DNA of 38,670 nt from Malacoraja senta (lineage: Eukaryota), in assembly GCA_038087875.1 (NCBI GenBank), contig JAXLNO010000042.1, positions 1 through 38,670 on the forward strand, written 5' to 3'. Both the position numbers and the translations under genes were made by a program. Shown in pieces: positions 36,113-38,670 of this stretch. The first letter of the stretch is position 1, and every line of letters begins with the position of its first letter. Below the pieces are notes generated by a model. It was not told the origin of the DNA. It was given only the letters and a program-made list of their open reading frames with translations, and ran no database searches.

Positions 36113-38424
36113 GCCCCAATTCCAAGCCAAGCTTGGTACCTTTGTATACTGTACAATAATAACCCAATCTCATGTTATCATTTTAGTATATAACTGATCT
36201 GAATCTCATGTTATCATAGTCTTTTGTACAAAAACAATTGTAAATATTACGAACTTGTAAATGGTCCACTTACCCCATGTTTCGGAAGAACCAGACCCAC
36301 CTACCTCCATGGTTACCGGTGGTCTACGTTAAGCCCAACAGTCCCTGATGTGGGTTCTATTCCCATCCTAGATTGGAGAGTAGGAATGGTAGTGTATGTG
36401 GATTCCATATTTCCTGAGACCGGTTTGGACCTTGGCCTGAAAGGCCTCTGCCCAGCTTTCAAGCTGCCACCAGTTTCAGTGAACTGCTTACTGCCGATGA
36501 GGCGTGGGGTGTGTCGTCGCCGATACGATGAACGTTGGTACCTTGATCAGTCCGCCAGCTTTACCTACCTCATCCAGGTATACCTGTTGGATAAGTCTTG
36601 CCTGAACAGAAGATTCGGCAGCAGGTTCCATTTCTGATAGCGCTGTTCACTGCCGGCACTTGTAGCGTGAGGGGAACTCTGGCCCCTTCCGGGTATTCTG
36701 CCAACGGCTGGAACCAATTCTTCCGGCAGTAACCCCTTCGCTTGCGAGTATTCCTCGCACTCCCCTCCACAGAGAGGGAGATTCGTAGGCAGCCCTGAAA
36801 ACAGGTGCTGCCGCAGGCCCCTGAGGATACCTGCGCTGACATGGCCCCTCCTACGGACCTATATCAGGATTTTTGCTCTGAGTCAGACAGGAAACTGACC
36901 CCAAATGCTCCCCTCCTCAGAGAGGGAGACATTGTGCAGCCTTGTAACAGGTGCCGTTGCCGTGGGCCCCGAGGACACCCGCGGTGATATAACTCCCTCC
37001 TTTGGAGCATATCATTGTGGAGCACCTCTCCATCAGGTGCTCCATGTGGGTTAGAACGTTCAAAGACGTTATCCATTGAAGGAGGGGATCCTCTCCATCA
37101 GGAATCCTCCTGGCCCAACTCGTTTGAGTCAACGGGCCTCTTCCATACGCTCCCCTCCTCAGAGAGGGAGATATAATTTAGTGGCTTACCCTCCAAGCGG
37201 GCTTGCCTAGGTGCTACCGGCACCAGTCTGAAGCCGCTGCCTCCACCGCAAGCGACTCGAAAAGCAAATTCGACCGCCGCCCGCTACCCGCACTCTGCGG
37301 TCTCCATAGCGGGTTCCCGCGGTCCGTGGTCGGGATTCCCTGAGTTCATGACCGGGATTCCCTGCGGTCCATGACTGGGGTTCCCCGCGGTCCATAAAGG
37401 TTCCCCCGCGGCCCGTCCGGACTTTGCCCCGAAACTCAGCAGGCAAACTCTGTAAAGAGCTTCCTGCAACACAAAAAGCAGAACCTAGAAATAAGTTTTG
37501 AAATTTACCTGTAGGTTTAAACTTACCGCTGGAAGGAGCAGCGCACCTCCCAGTCAGTCGTTGCGCAATGCGCTAGACGTAATGACGGGCATGCGAGCTG
37601 ACGGGCTTCTATTCACGTAGTCACTCACGTGACTCTGAAGTAAAATCTTACAACTCATGCAGGACAAAATGTTTCGAAAATTTGTTTAACAAATTGCCAC
37701 TACTCTGTAGAAATGTTAAAATCAATGATTTTACACCGATATTTAGTTATATTATTTATCAATGCTGCAAAGCAGCAGTTTTGATACTAATTAAAACAAT
37801 TATATTGGAGGGATCACACATGATATATGTAGTCACAGTCAGGAATGATTTGCTTGAAGATGATGTATTTGCTTGAAGATGATGTATTTTCCACATGGTT
37901 TTAATCGAACAGGGGGTATGTGCAGTCTAAATAAAATGTGTGTAATTTGTTTGTCTCCTGAAACCAGCTATTTATTTGCTTTTAGTTATGATGATAATGC
38001 AGAATATTTGCAAAGTATTATTGGACTTTCCAAGATGGATATAAATTAGTTGTTAAAATCAATTCAAGGTCAATTCTAAATGGAAATAGTTCAATAACAA
38101 TTATTCCTTAGCTGCTCTGTTGTTTTGCCATTGTCATGTCTTGAATGCGCGATTGCTGAATCAAATGGATCATAGCGCCATGTCTCTTCCAAGAGACTAA
38201 TTGTACATTTGCTAACGATTTGAATCTGTTAATAACATTGTTCTTGATCCTTGACTACGTCATTTCATTAGGGGAACTTCTTCACATTTTTGAACATCTG
38301 TGTTCTAATTTTTGTATAAGGATTTCTATACCAATGTTACAAATAATGAATTTGATAGCTATTAGACTTTATGTACTAGACCGCATACATTGTGCTGCTT
38401 AGACCATGTGTGTGTTATTAGCTG

Positions 38425-38600
38425 AAACATTAGAGTACAAGTAAAAGAAGGAGTAGGCCATTATGCCTACTCTGACATCCAGTAAGATCATGTCTGATTT
38501 TCACCTCAGCACCACTTTCCAGTATTAATCTCACATCTCCTGATTCCTTCAATATCTCAAACTTTGCTTACTTCTGTCTTAGGTCATGTAACAGGACAGG
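38425..38600 (-). mobile_element. Old CR1-clade 3' end fragment
   Basis: AGGAGTAGGCCATT...AAGATCATGTCTGAT...CCTGATTCCTTCAATATCT resembles 4335-4450. Confidence 0.6.
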
Positions 38601-38670
38601 AATATGATACCAAGATAAACAAATCTATTCCACCAGCACAAGATCGACATTCCTTCATTCCCTGCATATC

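Larger units (their letters stand above)
32809..37646 (-). mobile_element. DIRS1-like tyrosine-recombinase retrotransposon, both termini present, coding regions decayed
   Basis: Has ITRs and an internal complementary region. Minus-strand remnants appear in order: gag-like region, RT (PIHRDPRRH, FLIHPVKFKLIP), RNase H (QTDAS, VVAYVGHMG), methyltransferase-like domain (TPNIDMFASRL, FYVVAPFCLI) and recombinase (PRPKYTEVWDID, ALFSANRVQSL, SHSTRAA). Confidence 0.93.

Overview
Eukaryotic (vertebrate) genomic DNA. The repeat content points to a cartilaginous fish, probably a skate or ray (inference). The only host gene is the 3' end of a GABA-A receptor alpha-4 subunit gene (GABRA4, + strand), seen as two coding exons (15229-15488 and 19403-19957). 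Bases 1-15228 are the preceding intron, and a long repeat-poor stretch follows the stop codon (candidate long 3' UTR). The rest is largely retroelements. These include many CR1-clade LINE copies (four very young, one with ~660 open codons), an L2 fragment, tRNA-derived HE1/V-type SINEs, and Penelope-like fragments whose terminal repeat carries a minimal hammerhead-ribozyme motif in about ten copies. There is also a structurally complete but coding-decayed DIRS1-type tyrosine-recombinase retrotransposon (32809-37646, - strand) with intact ITRs and internal complementary region. I see no convincing wholly new system; the best leads are the dispersed hammerhead motifs and the DIRS terminal architecture. 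Repeat boundaries were read by eye and are approximate unless stated otherwise.
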